From NCBI GenBank assembly GCA_951406725.2, contig OX597831.1:40610001-40674000 (forward strand): a stretch of 64,000 nt of DNA, in the 5' to 3' direction. The stretch is from Octopus vulgaris (taxonomy: Eukaryota). Within the stretch, counting starts at the first letter, position 1, and each line of letters starts with the position of its first letter. Of the stretch, positions 1-13,348 are shown one piece after another. Made by a program: the position numbers and the translations under genes. The notes beneath the pieces were generated by a model. That model did no database searches and was not told the origin of the DNA. It saw only the letters and a list, made by a program, of their open reading frames with translations.

Positions 1-64
<64 letters not shown>

Positions 65-65
65 T

Positions 66-98
<33 letters not shown>

Positions 99-125
99 TA
101 GTAGCAGCAGTAGTAGTAGCAGTGA

Positions 126-173
<48 letters not shown>

Positions 174-441
174 AAATAGTAGTAGCAGCAGCAGCTAAAT
201 TATGATGCCCAAGGAAATAAAACTGCACCCAGTTCTGCTATATCCCGTCCTTGGTTCTGTAATGAAATGGCGATTGGTGTTCGTTCTTAGATTTTGTTCA
301 ATTTTAATTTAATATATTTCATGGGGAGGGGGTGCGTGTGGGTGGGGGTGGGAAGTATGTGTATACTCTCGAAACTTGATAATTAGTTTTTGATCGATAT
401 CTCGAAGTCGGACAAGTTAAAGACGAATAATTATAATAATG

Positions 442-496
<55 letters not shown>

Positions 497-535
497 TAAT
501 AGTAGCAGCAGTAGTAATAGTAGTGGTAGTAACAA

Positions 536-568
<33 letters not shown>

Positions 569-696
569 AGATAATGATGATGAGGGGGTTGGAGGATGGA
601 GAGGGAGCAGGAGTAGTAGTAGTAGTAGTAGAAGAAGAAGGAGAAGAAGAAGAAGAAGAAGAAGAAGAAGAAGAAGAAGAAGAAGAAGAAGAAGAA

Positions 697-728
<32 letters not shown>

Positions 729-826
729 AGAAGGAGTAGTAGGAGAAGAAGAACAAGAAGAAGAAGAACAAGAAGAAGAACAAGAACAAGAAGAACAAGA
801 AGAACAAGAACAAGAACAAGAACAAA
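1..826. repeat. Compound trinucleotide microsatellite field: (AAT)n, (AGT/AGC)n, (GAA)n, (GAACAA)n
   Basis: Arrays directly visible at 1-195 and 430-826. The overlapping ORFs are homopolymeric translations. Confidence 0.97.
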
Positions 827-1552
827 AGCCATGACATGTGATAGGTGGCGCCACGTACTTAAAAAAGGAAAGATAAATGAACGAGTGTGAAAGTTCAAGA
901 AAGTAAGACAAAAACTGGCAAAAAGAAACAATATCGGTTTATTATTTCAAGGTAACATTCCACAACTTCATAAATATTTAGATATTATGTATATATATGC
1001 ATATACACATACATACACACACATACATACGTGCATATATACATACATACTTATATACACACACACACACACACACATACATACACCCATACACATATAC
1101 ACACGTACATATATATATATGTATACAGACACGCATAGAGATATGCATATATATATGTATACATATATATCTACAAACACACACACACACATATATACAT
1201 ACACACATATATATATATATATACACATATGTATACACATATATATACACATATATATATATATATACACAGAGACACATATATTTTGTACATATGCCCT
1301 TATTCAAAAATACATGTCAGTATATTTACATGCATACGTACACATACACATATTTATATGCTAATACATATACATTCATAAATATATATATATATATATA
1401 AATATATGCATAGCCATCTAAATCTGTCTGTCTCGTTTTCTCTCCCTCTATCTATCTATTTATGTATCTATCTATCTATCTATATATATATATATATATA
1501 TATATTTGTGAGTCTATGGTTATGTCTTTGTGTATGCATTTATCCATATACT

Positions 1553-1591
<39 letters not shown>

Positions 1592-1592
<1 letters not shown>

Positions 1593-2749
1593 GAGGGGAG
1601 TTCAATAAGTAATTCCCCTGACCCACTTCCCTTAGCAGTAGAGCAACGAAACTTGGTACAGTTATTAGTATTTTTCTACATAGGAACCACATAGGCTGAT
1701 CATCTGGGATACATAGGCTGCATCATCTGGGAAACGCTTTCCTTTCAAAAATAACTTCATGGCTGGGAAGAGGTGAAAATCAGAGGGTGCAAGGTCAGGA
1801 GAGTAGGGCGATGGGGGAGGAGTTCATAGCTGCACGCCTGTGCTTCTGATCTGGCGACAAGCGAGTTGTAGACCGGAGCGTTGTCCTGCAGGAAGGGGAT
1901 GCCTTTGCTGATCTTGCCCCGCCTCTTGATTTTGATAGCTTCTCTTAATTTCCTCAAAAGTGAAGCATAATAGGCTCCTGTAATTGTGTACCCTTTGCCA
2001 GGAAATCTGTTATCACTACTCTGTCCTGGTCCCGGAAGACTATTAGCATGACCTTGCCAGCGGAGGGCTGCACCCTTGCCTCCTTTGGAGGAGGTGAGTC
2101 ACGGTGCTTCCACTGCATTGACTGGGCTTTGGAAAATTTTGACTCATCTTCTTGGCACATCTCCAAATTCATCCTCGAGCACTCGACGCGTTCTTGCTTC
2201 TGGAAAGGTGTGAGCAACCTGACAATCCATCTGACAGACACCTTTTGCATATGCAAATGGTCATGAATGATAGTTTCCACAGACCCGGTACTAATCTTGA
2301 CCTCATGGGCTATTTGGCGAATAGTTATGCGTAAATCTTCCAAAATGGCAGCCTCAACTTGACGTACAGATGCCTCATCAATGGCAGAAGTGGGGCGACC
2401 AGATCTGGGAGCTGTTTCCACAGAGTTCCGACCATGTTTGAATTCACGATGCCAGCGTTTTACAAGGTCATATGATGGGGCATCATCACCATAAGTTACT
2501 TTCATTTCATCAAAAGTCTCCCGTGGTGTGCGTCCTTTCAAATACAAAAACCGGATCACTGCTCGACACTCAACAGGCTCCATTTCACACTTGACTCAGT
2601 TCAAACACCTGTAATTCAGAAACCACAATTAGTTCAGAGCTGTAATTTTCCACTTAATCTACAGAGATATAAATAATTGCACATGCAAAATTCAGCTAGA
2701 TCAAACAGCTGCAAGTGGGTCAGGGGCATTACTTATTGAACGCCCCTCG
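1592..2749 (-). mobile_element. Mariner (DD34D, irritans/Bytmar-like) transposon with both TIRs, internally deleted
   Basis: 37-bp TIRs at 1592-1628 and 2713-2749 (2 mismatches), flanked by TA at 1590-1591 and 2750-2751. Transposase homology lies between them. Confidence 0.95.
1670..2583 (-). pseudogene. Mariner transposase pseudogene
   Basis: MEPVECRAVIRFL...PRSGRP (HTH region), KVSVRWIVRLLT (WVPxxL-like), QPSAGKVML and QDNAP...(YSPDLAPSD after a frameshift, 34-residue spacing). The segment with the first catalytic Asp (TGDETW) is deleted, and there are at least two frameshifts. Confidence 0.93.
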
Positions 2750-2757
2750 TATATGCA

Positions 2758-3859
<1,102 letters not shown>

Positions 3860-3882
3860 ATGTATACATACATGCACACTTA

Positions 3883-3936
<54 letters not shown>

Positions 3937-3939
3937 TAT

Positions 3940-4113
3940 AAAGTTAATCCAAACAAGAAAGCACAAAAAAAAACACAACGCGAGGACGTGGAACAAATAT
4001 AGTATTATTGGACGCTCAGGAAAGAAGGGAAGAAGGAGGGTTGAACGTTTCGAGCGGAGCTCTTCGTCGGAAACATAGGAGAAGGAAAGATCCGGAGAAG
4101 GGAAGACAGAGGA

Positions 4114-4115
<2 letters not shown>
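3940..4115 (-). mobile_element. Short PLE pseudo-LTR-like fragment with degenerate minimal hammerhead (CCGACGA...GAAACGTT)
   Basis: Flanked by (TA)n. A homologous copy in the opposite orientation at about 59545-59722 reads CTGACGA-aGAGCtccGTTC-AAAACGTT. Confidence 0.7.
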
Positions 4116-4197
<82 letters not shown>

Positions 4198-4453
4198 ATT
4201 TTATACGTGTAAAGTACATCGTACATGCAATTTCATGAGAGCATATACATAACATATTTCAAAACCTCTTTCCAGCTGAATCTCATAAAAATCAACAATT
4301 TATATCAAATCGGGATTTGTTATACACTTTTATTCATATATCTTTGGCACGTAATGCGTGTCTTGCAGTAAACAGCTCTGATACATCTCAACACACACGT
4401 CCACTTCATATACATGCATACGTACATACATACATATATGTGTGTGTGTATGC

Positions 4454-4573
<120 letters not shown>

Positions 4574-4796
4574 CATATATATACGAAGGGTATGCTATGC
4601 GAATATATGTCATACATTCTTCAAGAGATATGGCGAGATGGTTATATAGTGAAATGATCGTTTGTTATTTACGTGTTTGTTATTATCTATATATGGAACT
4701 TTAAAGCTCCAGTGATTTATGTACAACAAGGAATAATGCACTGTAATATCAAATACTTGTGTATATAACACGTCTCTGAATGTTTACGTAAACATG

Positions 4797-4848
<52 letters not shown>

Positions 4849-4947
4849 CATATGTAAATATATATATGTATATATATATGATATGTATATATATATATAT
4901 ATATGTGTGTGCGTGTGTGTGTGTGTATAAGCATATATATGCATATT

Positions 4948-5002
<55 letters not shown>

Positions 5003-5042
5003 ATATATATATATATACATATATCTATGTATAATTACATAT

Positions 5043-5241
5043 TCTTTTATTCTTTGATTTTTTATTTGTTTCTGTCATTTGAGTGCGGCCATGCTGGAGC
5101 ACAGATTTTAGTCGAACAAATTGACCCCAGGGCTTATTCTTTGGAAGGCTTGTACTTATTCTATCGGTCTCATTTGCCGAACCGCTAAGTTACGGTTGTC
5201 AAGCGATGGTGGGGGGACAAACACAGACACACACAGTCACA

Positions 5242-5337
<96 letters not shown>

Positions 5338-5469
5338 CAACGGGCTTCTTTTAGTTTTCGTCTACCAAATCCACTCACAAGGCTTTGGTCGACTCGAAGC
5401 TACGGTTTACTGAACCCGGAACCATGTAGTTGGTAAGCAAGCTACTTACCATACAGCCACTCCTGCGTC
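5043..5469 (-). mobile_element. SINE family A copy with internal deletions
   Basis: Reverse complement of the family A head and tail around a central (CA)n. Confidence 0.9.
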
Positions 5470-5473
5470 TAAG

Positions 5474-5504
<31 letters not shown>

Positions 5505-5509
5505 CATAT

Positions 5510-5792
5510 TATATGTAGAAAAATACAAACTGGGACAAGAACGTAAAACATTTAGAAGACGATACAAAAAACACGGACGGGACATTCGAAGCCTTCAATC
5601 TTCAGTCAAGAACCGGATCATCCAAGCAATTTCGGCTTATTAATCTTGAGATCGCTCCGATCCGGCCAGCCCCAAGGAAAAACTAAGCTACGAGCATTAG
5701 ATTTCTTGGAAAAGGGATCGAATGTATACGAAACAGGTACAGAAAAACGGACGATGCCACACGAATATAAAATACAAAAAACAATAATAGTA
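5510..5792 (-). repeat. Interspersed repeat, probably PLE pseudo-LTR-derived (other copies at 2935-3012 and 6890-7165)
   Basis: Three mutually similar copies, each abutting (TA)n. The PLE assignment is inferred from context. Confidence 0.6.
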
Positions 5793-6332
5793 ATACACGC
5801 ACACACATATAAAATTACACATGTATGAATATATATAAATGCTTTTTATGAATGTATATATCTATTTGTGTATGTGTGTGCGTGTGAAGACACACGGATG
5901 TATGCGTATCTATGTATATGTATATATACATATGTATATACATGTATATGTATATATACATAACTCATACACTATATACATGTATGTATATACATAACAC
6001 ATAACACATACACATACACGTGCGTGCGCACACACAATTAAAATATTTTCTAAACAATTCTTCATACTACCACAATATTTCAGAACAGATTTCTTTAAAT
6101 GAAAATAATCAATCTTCTAAAAATTCTTAAGAAGCCAAAATGACACGAACTCTTTTGAGGGAAGAATTTTTAAATTGTATGTAAGGACTTTCGCTAATTA
6201 AATATTTTCAAGCACACCAACTATGCAGTAACCATTACAGACTACCTTCTTTATGGTTTCGTGTTTACTATTTTCTGATTAGTTTCGGATTTAATATTCT
6301 TATAAAATATACTTATCTTTTCGTTTGTAATC

Positions 6333-6563
6333 TATTTCTTTACTACCCACAAGGGGCTAAATACAGAGGAGACAAACAAGGACATACAAACGGATTAAGT
6401 CGATTATATCGACCCCAGTGTGTAACTGGTACTTAATTTATCGACCCCGAAAGGATGAAAGGCAAAGTCGACCTCGGCGGAATTTGAACTCAGAACGTAA
6501 CGGCAGACGAAATACGGCTACGCATTTCGCCCGGTGTGCTAACGATTCAGCCAGCTCGCCGCC
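6333..6563 (-). mobile_element. Full-length tRNA-derived SINE family B with 15-bp TSD
   Basis: TTTTCGTTTGTAATC at 6318-6332 and 6564-6578. Minus-strand head GGCGGCGAGCTGGCTGAATCGTTAGC...GAGTTCAAATTCC. Confidence 0.95.
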
Positions 6564-6768
6564 TTTTCGTTTGTAATCGGTCACTTGTGCATTCAATTTC
6601 ACCCTAGATTCTTGATTTCTAAGCCTCCAGCATCTTACTGTCTTCCTTTTGCTGCCAACTAAATTTTTTTTAATGTCTTATCGTCCAGCTCTTTTCCACT
6701 GAAACTCTTTACCTACCCCTCTTAATTCCATTATCTAATATATCATAAATTATATATATTTTATATAT

Positions 6769-6876
<108 letters not shown>

Positions 6877-7164
6877 AAAACTTTATATATAAAGAACGTG
6901 AAATTCACGAATTGACGAACACGGAAAAACGGACAGTCATTCAGAGCCTTCATTCTTCAGTCAGAAACCGATTCATCATGGCAAATTTCGGCTGTTTAAT
7001 TCTGAGATTTGCTCCAAAACGGCCAGCCCCAAGGAAAAGCTAAGCTATGGGCATTAGATTTGCTTGGTAGAAGGAAAGAATGTGACAACAGAGACGAATA
7101 GGAAAACAAGAGACGAAGATAAAATTGGAAACAGTAACGAATAAAAACAGGAATAAAAACGACT

Positions 7165-7197
<33 letters not shown>

Positions 7198-7285
7198 TAC
7201 GGAGATGTACTAAGTGACCTAATCTGAGATCATGTGTTGAAACGAAAACAACTAACTGCAGCGTGGAAGGTGTTTATAAGCCATT

Positions 7286-7329
<44 letters not shown>

Positions 7330-7410
7330 CATTACGAATGAACTTCAATCTTGCTATCTTGCATTGTTACAAAGCCAAACTGGAGCATAATTGGAAATTC
7401 CCTTGAAATC

Positions 7411-8532
7411 TGAATACAAACGAAATAAAACAAGTTCCGCGTAAATCAGACCACTGGTTCTTGAGATATTAGGGGTTTGGGGGATATAAATACCCAAAAC
7501 GGTGCATAATGGGAAAATACACCGAAAATTTACTAAACCCTGAAATGAAAGAAATTCTAACCCTTCGATTAGAAATATTTCGATTTTCGCATTTCTTAAA
7601 CAATATTTTAACATTTAGAAATAGTTTAAGTGAATGTGATTTCAACAGTATAAGTTGCTTGTACAGTAAGTATGTATATTGTAGCTTTCTTTGAACAGTC
7701 AATATTTCAATTATTACAAAAATTACTTTCAAGTGAGTACCATTACCAAAATTTTTGGCATATTTAAAAATTATTTTAAAGTGAAAATGACTTTTAAAAT
7801 ACGGTAAATATTTCGTAAAAATTATCTACCGTATTTAAAAATATTTAAAACCCGTTCGTAACCTCCGTGTGAAATAATTTTTTCTGTGAGTTTTATTGAG
7901 TGCATTCAACGTATCTCACCTCCAAATATTTGGCTGCTACCACGTAACAGCTAACTGCAAGAAAGACTAGAAATAGCTGATACGTGGTAACAGAGCGTGC
8001 AAGAAATAACAGCCAGATATTTCCTTTTTCTGGGGGTGGAAGCCGTTTATGCGTGATATCGATGTCACATTCGTTGACTGCATGTGAAATAACCTGGGAA
8101 AGAAAAAAAATCCCACGCAACAAAACTCCGTTGGTGGGAAACTCCGAGGTCCGTACCACCCATCCCCCCTTTCTTTTCCGGAAAAAAAGTGGGTTGAAGT
8201 GGATTTGCAGGTGAGATGCGTTGACTGGACTCGAAAATACACGTGGAAAAATTTATTTCACACCGAAATACGAACGGGTCCTTTACGAAATATTTACCCA
8301 AGATCGGTACAGGCATGCGAATAGAAGGACCGACGAGACGAATAAAGCAAGGGCTTACCGTCTGGCGGGGCAGAGGGAAAGGGACACAAGCAGGAGAGAT
8401 CAGGAATCGGAATTTCTGAGAGCTGAGCGTCTGGTAAAAGAGGAAAATAGACACATGCCGAGGAAAAACCGCGTATCTTAGAAACCCGTGATCCGATTTA
8501 CGCGAAACTTGTTTTATTCCGTTTCTATTCAC
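7411..8532. repeat. Degenerate nested inverted-repeat (fold-back) element, probable DNA-transposon relic
   Basis: Inverted pairs at 7411-7468/8474-8532 and 7803-7890/8240-8298, plus a central near-palindrome GTGATATCGATGTCAC at 8053-8068. Confidence 0.6.
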
Positions 8533-8887
8533 ATGAGTATCTGATTCATGAGATGGCCAGATAACCGAAGAGATGGTGTTGTGGATTTCTACCTCGGCAT
8601 CCGAAACTCAGAGTTTTATCTTGGCTATAGAATAATTCTCACATATTATTTTACAGATAAATTTCCTCTATTTACATAATATTGAGGTCTCTTTTTTTCT
8701 TTTGTTATCTTACCATTTTTACCAATATATATATATATATATATATGCATATATATATATATATATATATGTATAGTATATATATATATATACATATACA
8801 TACATATATATACACACGCGCATTTAAAGTGATATCTTGAAAGAGGGATGTAGGGAGCACATATTTGCACACACAAACAGCCGTATG

Positions 8888-8979
<92 letters not shown>

Positions 8980-8980
<1 letters not shown>

Positions 8981-9180
8981 TGAAAATTTCCAAAAAAAAA
9001 CCCCAAAAGACGCAGACGTGTGTGTAAACAACAAACAGATGTATTAATTTAACGCCTAGGAAGTGAGAAAGTCTTTTACGTCTCGAGCCAACTCTCTTCA
9101 ACAGAAAGGAACACAGGAATAAACAGGGAGAGAAAAGAGAAAAAGGTATAGTGGCTAGCGATCTATTATGGCGGGTACGA
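8980..9180 (-). mobile_element. PLE pseudo-LTR fragment (U6-variant hammerhead family)
   Basis: Homologous to the 3' end of the PLE at 43060-44880 and to 14365-14870 and 59178-59340. Confidence 0.8.
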
Positions 9181-9574
9181 TGGGTGGATTGCCGCCATTT
9201 TATATGTTTTTTTTCGCGCATACGCATCGTTTGTTTTTTTCATTTTGTCGACTACACAGTGTAATTGGGCACTGTCTGTAAGAAAACAACACCATGTGGA
9301 AATTCACTCTGCCAGAAATTTGGAAACGACACGCTGTGCTACTTGGCATTCGCGCCGGAAGCTCCAATGCGAGCATTTCCGAGGTATTCGGTGTCAATCT
9401 GAGGACATTGCAATCTTAGGACATGTAATTTAGTGGTTCGACAACGGAGGCCGATGAAATCAGTACAAGGCTTTCAAAAACTAAGTACTGGAGTCGATTC
9501 ATTTAACTAAAAATTTCTTCGAGGCGGGGCCCCAGCATGGCAGCTATTTAATGAGTGAAGCAAGTAAAATGCAA

Positions 9575-10258
9575 ATAATCCTTTCTATTATAGGTACAAG
9601 GCCTGAAATTGTGAAGAGGGGGATAGTCGATTACATCGACCCCAGTGTTTCACTGGTACTTAATTTATCGACCCCGAAAGGATGGGAGGCAAAGTCACCC
9701 TAGGTGGAATTTGAACTCAGAAAGTAGCGGCAGACGAAATATCCTTTTCTACTCGATGCACAAGGCCTCAAATTATGGGGGAGGGGGACAGTCGATTAGA
9801 TTGACTCCAGTACGCAACTGGTACTTAATTTATCGCCCCCGAAAGGATGAAAGGCAAAGTTGACTTCGGCATAATTTGAACTCAGAACGTAAAGATAGAC
9901 GAAATATCGCTAAGCATATAGGTGTAGTAGTGGCTGTGTGGTAAGTAGCTGTAAAGGTAAGAAACTGAAAGAAGCCCGTCGTATATATGTATGTGTGTGT
10001 GTATATGTTTGTGTGTCTGTGTTTGTCCCCCAACATCGCTTGACAACCGATGCTGGTGTGTTTACGTCCCCATAACTTAGGGGTTCGGCAAAAGAGACCG
10101 ATGGAATAAGTACTAGGCTTACAAAGAATAAGTCCTGGGGTCGATTTGCTAGGCTAAATGTGGTGTTCCAGCATGGCCACAGTCAAATGACTGAAACAAG
10201 TAAAAAAAAAGGCAGCATTTTAGCCGCTGTGCTGACGATTCTGTCAGCACGCCACCGC
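9575..10258 (-). mobile_element. Two tandem SINE B copies, the second interrupted by an antisense SINE A (9921-10210)
   Basis: The B body repeats at 9575-9740 and 9741-9917, and the B head resumes at 10214. AGCAT is present on both sides of the A insert. Confidence 0.85.
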
Positions 10259-10977
10259 TAAAAAAATATATATGATAATGATGTATGTATCTTTAATTAG
10301 GTATGTCAAATAAAATGATATATATGAACAATGAATTAATATTTTATTCATTATATATCGTAATGTATAATGTAAATTAATTAGCATTCGTACTTGCGAT
10401 GTAGATCATTAAACTATAATCTTTATGTATAAAAACGTATTTAGAAAAGTTTTAACCAGCTTTTCAAAATTTGATCATTAATATGTATGTATGTGTGTTT
10501 GTAGGGAGGTAGGTAGGTAGGTAAGTGAATGGGTAGGTAGGTAGGGGTTTGTAGATTGGTGTGTAAGCAAGCATGTTTGAATGCAAGTACCTACGTATAT
10601 ACATATAAGTATACATATACATATATTATATGTGTATATATATATATATATGTACACACACACATATACATATGTATATGAGTAGAAGGTGAAAAAGCCT
10701 CGTTAGAGGGTTTGAAACCTCATCTTATTGTATTATTTGTAGTGGTTTAAAACCTCAATTGCTTGTTTTAAAAAAGCATGTTAAGTAAGAGGTTTTAGTG
10801 CCTCCTTCTTGTAAGAGGTTTGAAACCTCATATTGATTTTCGAGAAAAATCCAATCGGCGGGTGTTGGGTTTCGTCTCTCAGTTATTCTTTTTATTTCAT
10901 TTTCATTCATTAATGTGTTTGTGAAGCTACCGAATCTTTGTACTGTCTATATGACAAATTTTATGAAATGAAGTAGT

Positions 10978-11038
<61 letters not shown>

Positions 11039-11310
11039 TTAAAAGGTAACTAGAGGTGACAGTTTGACACTCTCGAATTTCACGCCACTGCAGTTTTCAC
11101 ATCGTAGTGAAAATTTGAATACTACATATTCTTATGTCTATATATAAAACCACTGATCCTAGTGTCAATAGTCGAATTGTTACAAAAATAAATTGTGATG
11201 GAACTGTTGAATATATATATGTGTGTGTGTGCAGGAGTTCTGTGTGCAAAGGGTTTCGACTATGATTATATATAATTGTACGTAAACATGTATAAGAGTG
11301 TGTGTGCAAA

Positions 11311-11610
11311 GGCGCATGGCTCAGTGGTTAGAGCGTCGAGCTTACGAAAGTGAGGTTGTGTTCTTGAGCAAGATACTTTATTTCACGTTTCTCCAGTTCA
11401 CTCAGTTGTAGAAATGAGTTGCGACGTCACTGGTACCAAGCTGTATCGGCCTTTGCCTTCCCCTTGGATGACATCGGTGGTGTGGAGAGGGGAGGCTGAT
11501 ATACATGGGCGACTGCTGGTCTTCCATAAAGAACCTTGCCCGGACTTGTGCCTCGGAGGGTAACTTTCTGGGTGCAATCCCATGGTCAGTAATGACCGAA
11601 GGGGATTTCA
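11311..11610 (+). mobile_element. tRNA-derived SINE family C (B-box region deleted)
   Basis: A box GGCGCATGGCTCAGTGGTTAGAGCG. The 3' part recurs at 24662-24765. Confidence 0.8.
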
Positions 11611-11655
<45 letters not shown>

Positions 11656-11777
11656 AACATATACACACGCATAAATATATACATATATTTTTATATATGT
11701 ATATGCATGCATTATTATACATATGTATATACATGCATTATTAAATCATAGTGTAAATATTCAAAACTTATCTATGC

Positions 11778-11885
<108 letters not shown>

Positions 11886-11978
11886 CATATATATATATAC
11901 ACATATATATATACACATATATATATATACACACATATATATATATACACATATATATATATACACATATATATATAT

Positions 11979-12018
<40 letters not shown>

Positions 12019-12866
12019 ACACATATACATTTATATACATATGTACATATATATAAAGTATGTATCCATACATATGGACAGACACAGCACATGCTGTCAA
12101 ATAAACCTCATTATTTTAGAAATAAAATGTTGAAGGTATTTTTTTTTACAAAACCAAAAAAGAAACAAAAAAAACATTGAAATATTCTTGTAGTTATTAG
12201 TAGTATTTGAAATTTTATATTTATAGATATTTCATTATCCTGAAAATAGATTTATTCTAATATTTAAAATACATCGAGTGACGTCCACTTTCATCCCGTT
12301 GGAATATAGAGGGAGCCTGCAGTATGTAATCTCACACACGATGAAAACGTTTGAGTTTTAATAGAATTCTCTCTCTCTTCTTTCCATTTTTTGTACTTTC
12401 AATTATTTACTTTTTAAATGCATTTTTGTAACTACGATCTTATTTCCTACGTTTCTATACCATTTATCTTTTTTTCCCTCATATATCATTAACTGCTTTC
12501 GTATTCAACATCAAATCGTTACAGCATGTAAATATTTTTATCTATTACCTTTGACTCCAGCGAAATGTCTTGAAGGAACTTACATCCCTTTGCAAATGAG
12601 AAATCTTTCCCGTATTTCGATATCATACTTGCTTATATAATGTTACAACTTTAAGGTAAAAACATAAATGCTACATTTGTATCTTAAACGCATTTACGAT
12701 TGTTCGTCATCGGGCTCACTTAGATTACCGAAGATGATTGTTCTGGATTTTATGGGAGAATATGTTAAGTGAATTAAGAAATTGTAATAAGAAATATAAA
12801 GTTCAACTGATGTTATTTATTTTTTCGTCTTTGCCGTGCTGTATACGCATGTAGTATATACATGCA

Positions 12867-12942
12867 TAAATGTATTTATGTTTACTAAATATATTTATGT
12901 TTACTAAATGTATTTATGTTTACTAAATGTATTTATGTTTAC
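12867..12942. repeat. 19-bp minisatellite x4 (TAAATGTATTTATGTTTAC)
   Basis: Four head-to-tail copies with one mismatch. Confidence 0.95.
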
Positions 12943-13048
12943 GGAATTGTAACGTGCGACAATTTTTGTTTTGCGAAACATACAACCCTTTACAACCCTT
13001 TATTAATATTTACATTTTTTTTTTTAGTTCTGTGATAGGTAGTCACAG

Positions 13049-13348
13049 ATGTCAATATCTGTTCATGAAAAAATAGCTCCTTCCTACAGTAACGGCATTT
13101 GAGTTGCTCATGAGGAAATTAAAGTTGACGATGATGAAATTAAAGTTGAAAGTGAAGGAAATAAATTTGAAAATGACTTAATTGAAGTTGACAATGACAA
13201 ATTCAAAATAGTCGACGGCAAAATCGAGATAGAACACAACGCAATCAAAACTGAAAACAACGAAAATGAGGCTGACAATGACGAATTTGTGGTTGACTTT
13301 GACGAAATTGAGATTAATAATGACGAACTTGAGGGGGAAGCCCTGTAA
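13049..13348 (+). CDS. Candidate coding exon or pseudogene: acidic 7-residue (21-bp) repeat protein segment
   Basis: ATG at 13049, in-frame TGA at 13100-13102, then 81 open codons VAHE-EIKVDDD-EIKVESE-...-ELEGEAL to TAA at 13346-13348. There are no indels across 11 diverged units. Confidence 0.45.

Noticed and set aside
5585-5680. Possible permuted (type II) hammerhead: GCC-GAAA...CTGAAGA...GGCT, also at 6944-7000
   Set aside because: No convincing stems I and III or cleavage triplet, and 5 extra nucleotides precede stem II.
12561-12655. Apparent exon bounded by CTCCAG and GTAAA
   Set aside because: Stop codons in all three frames; at most a non-coding exon and not supportable.
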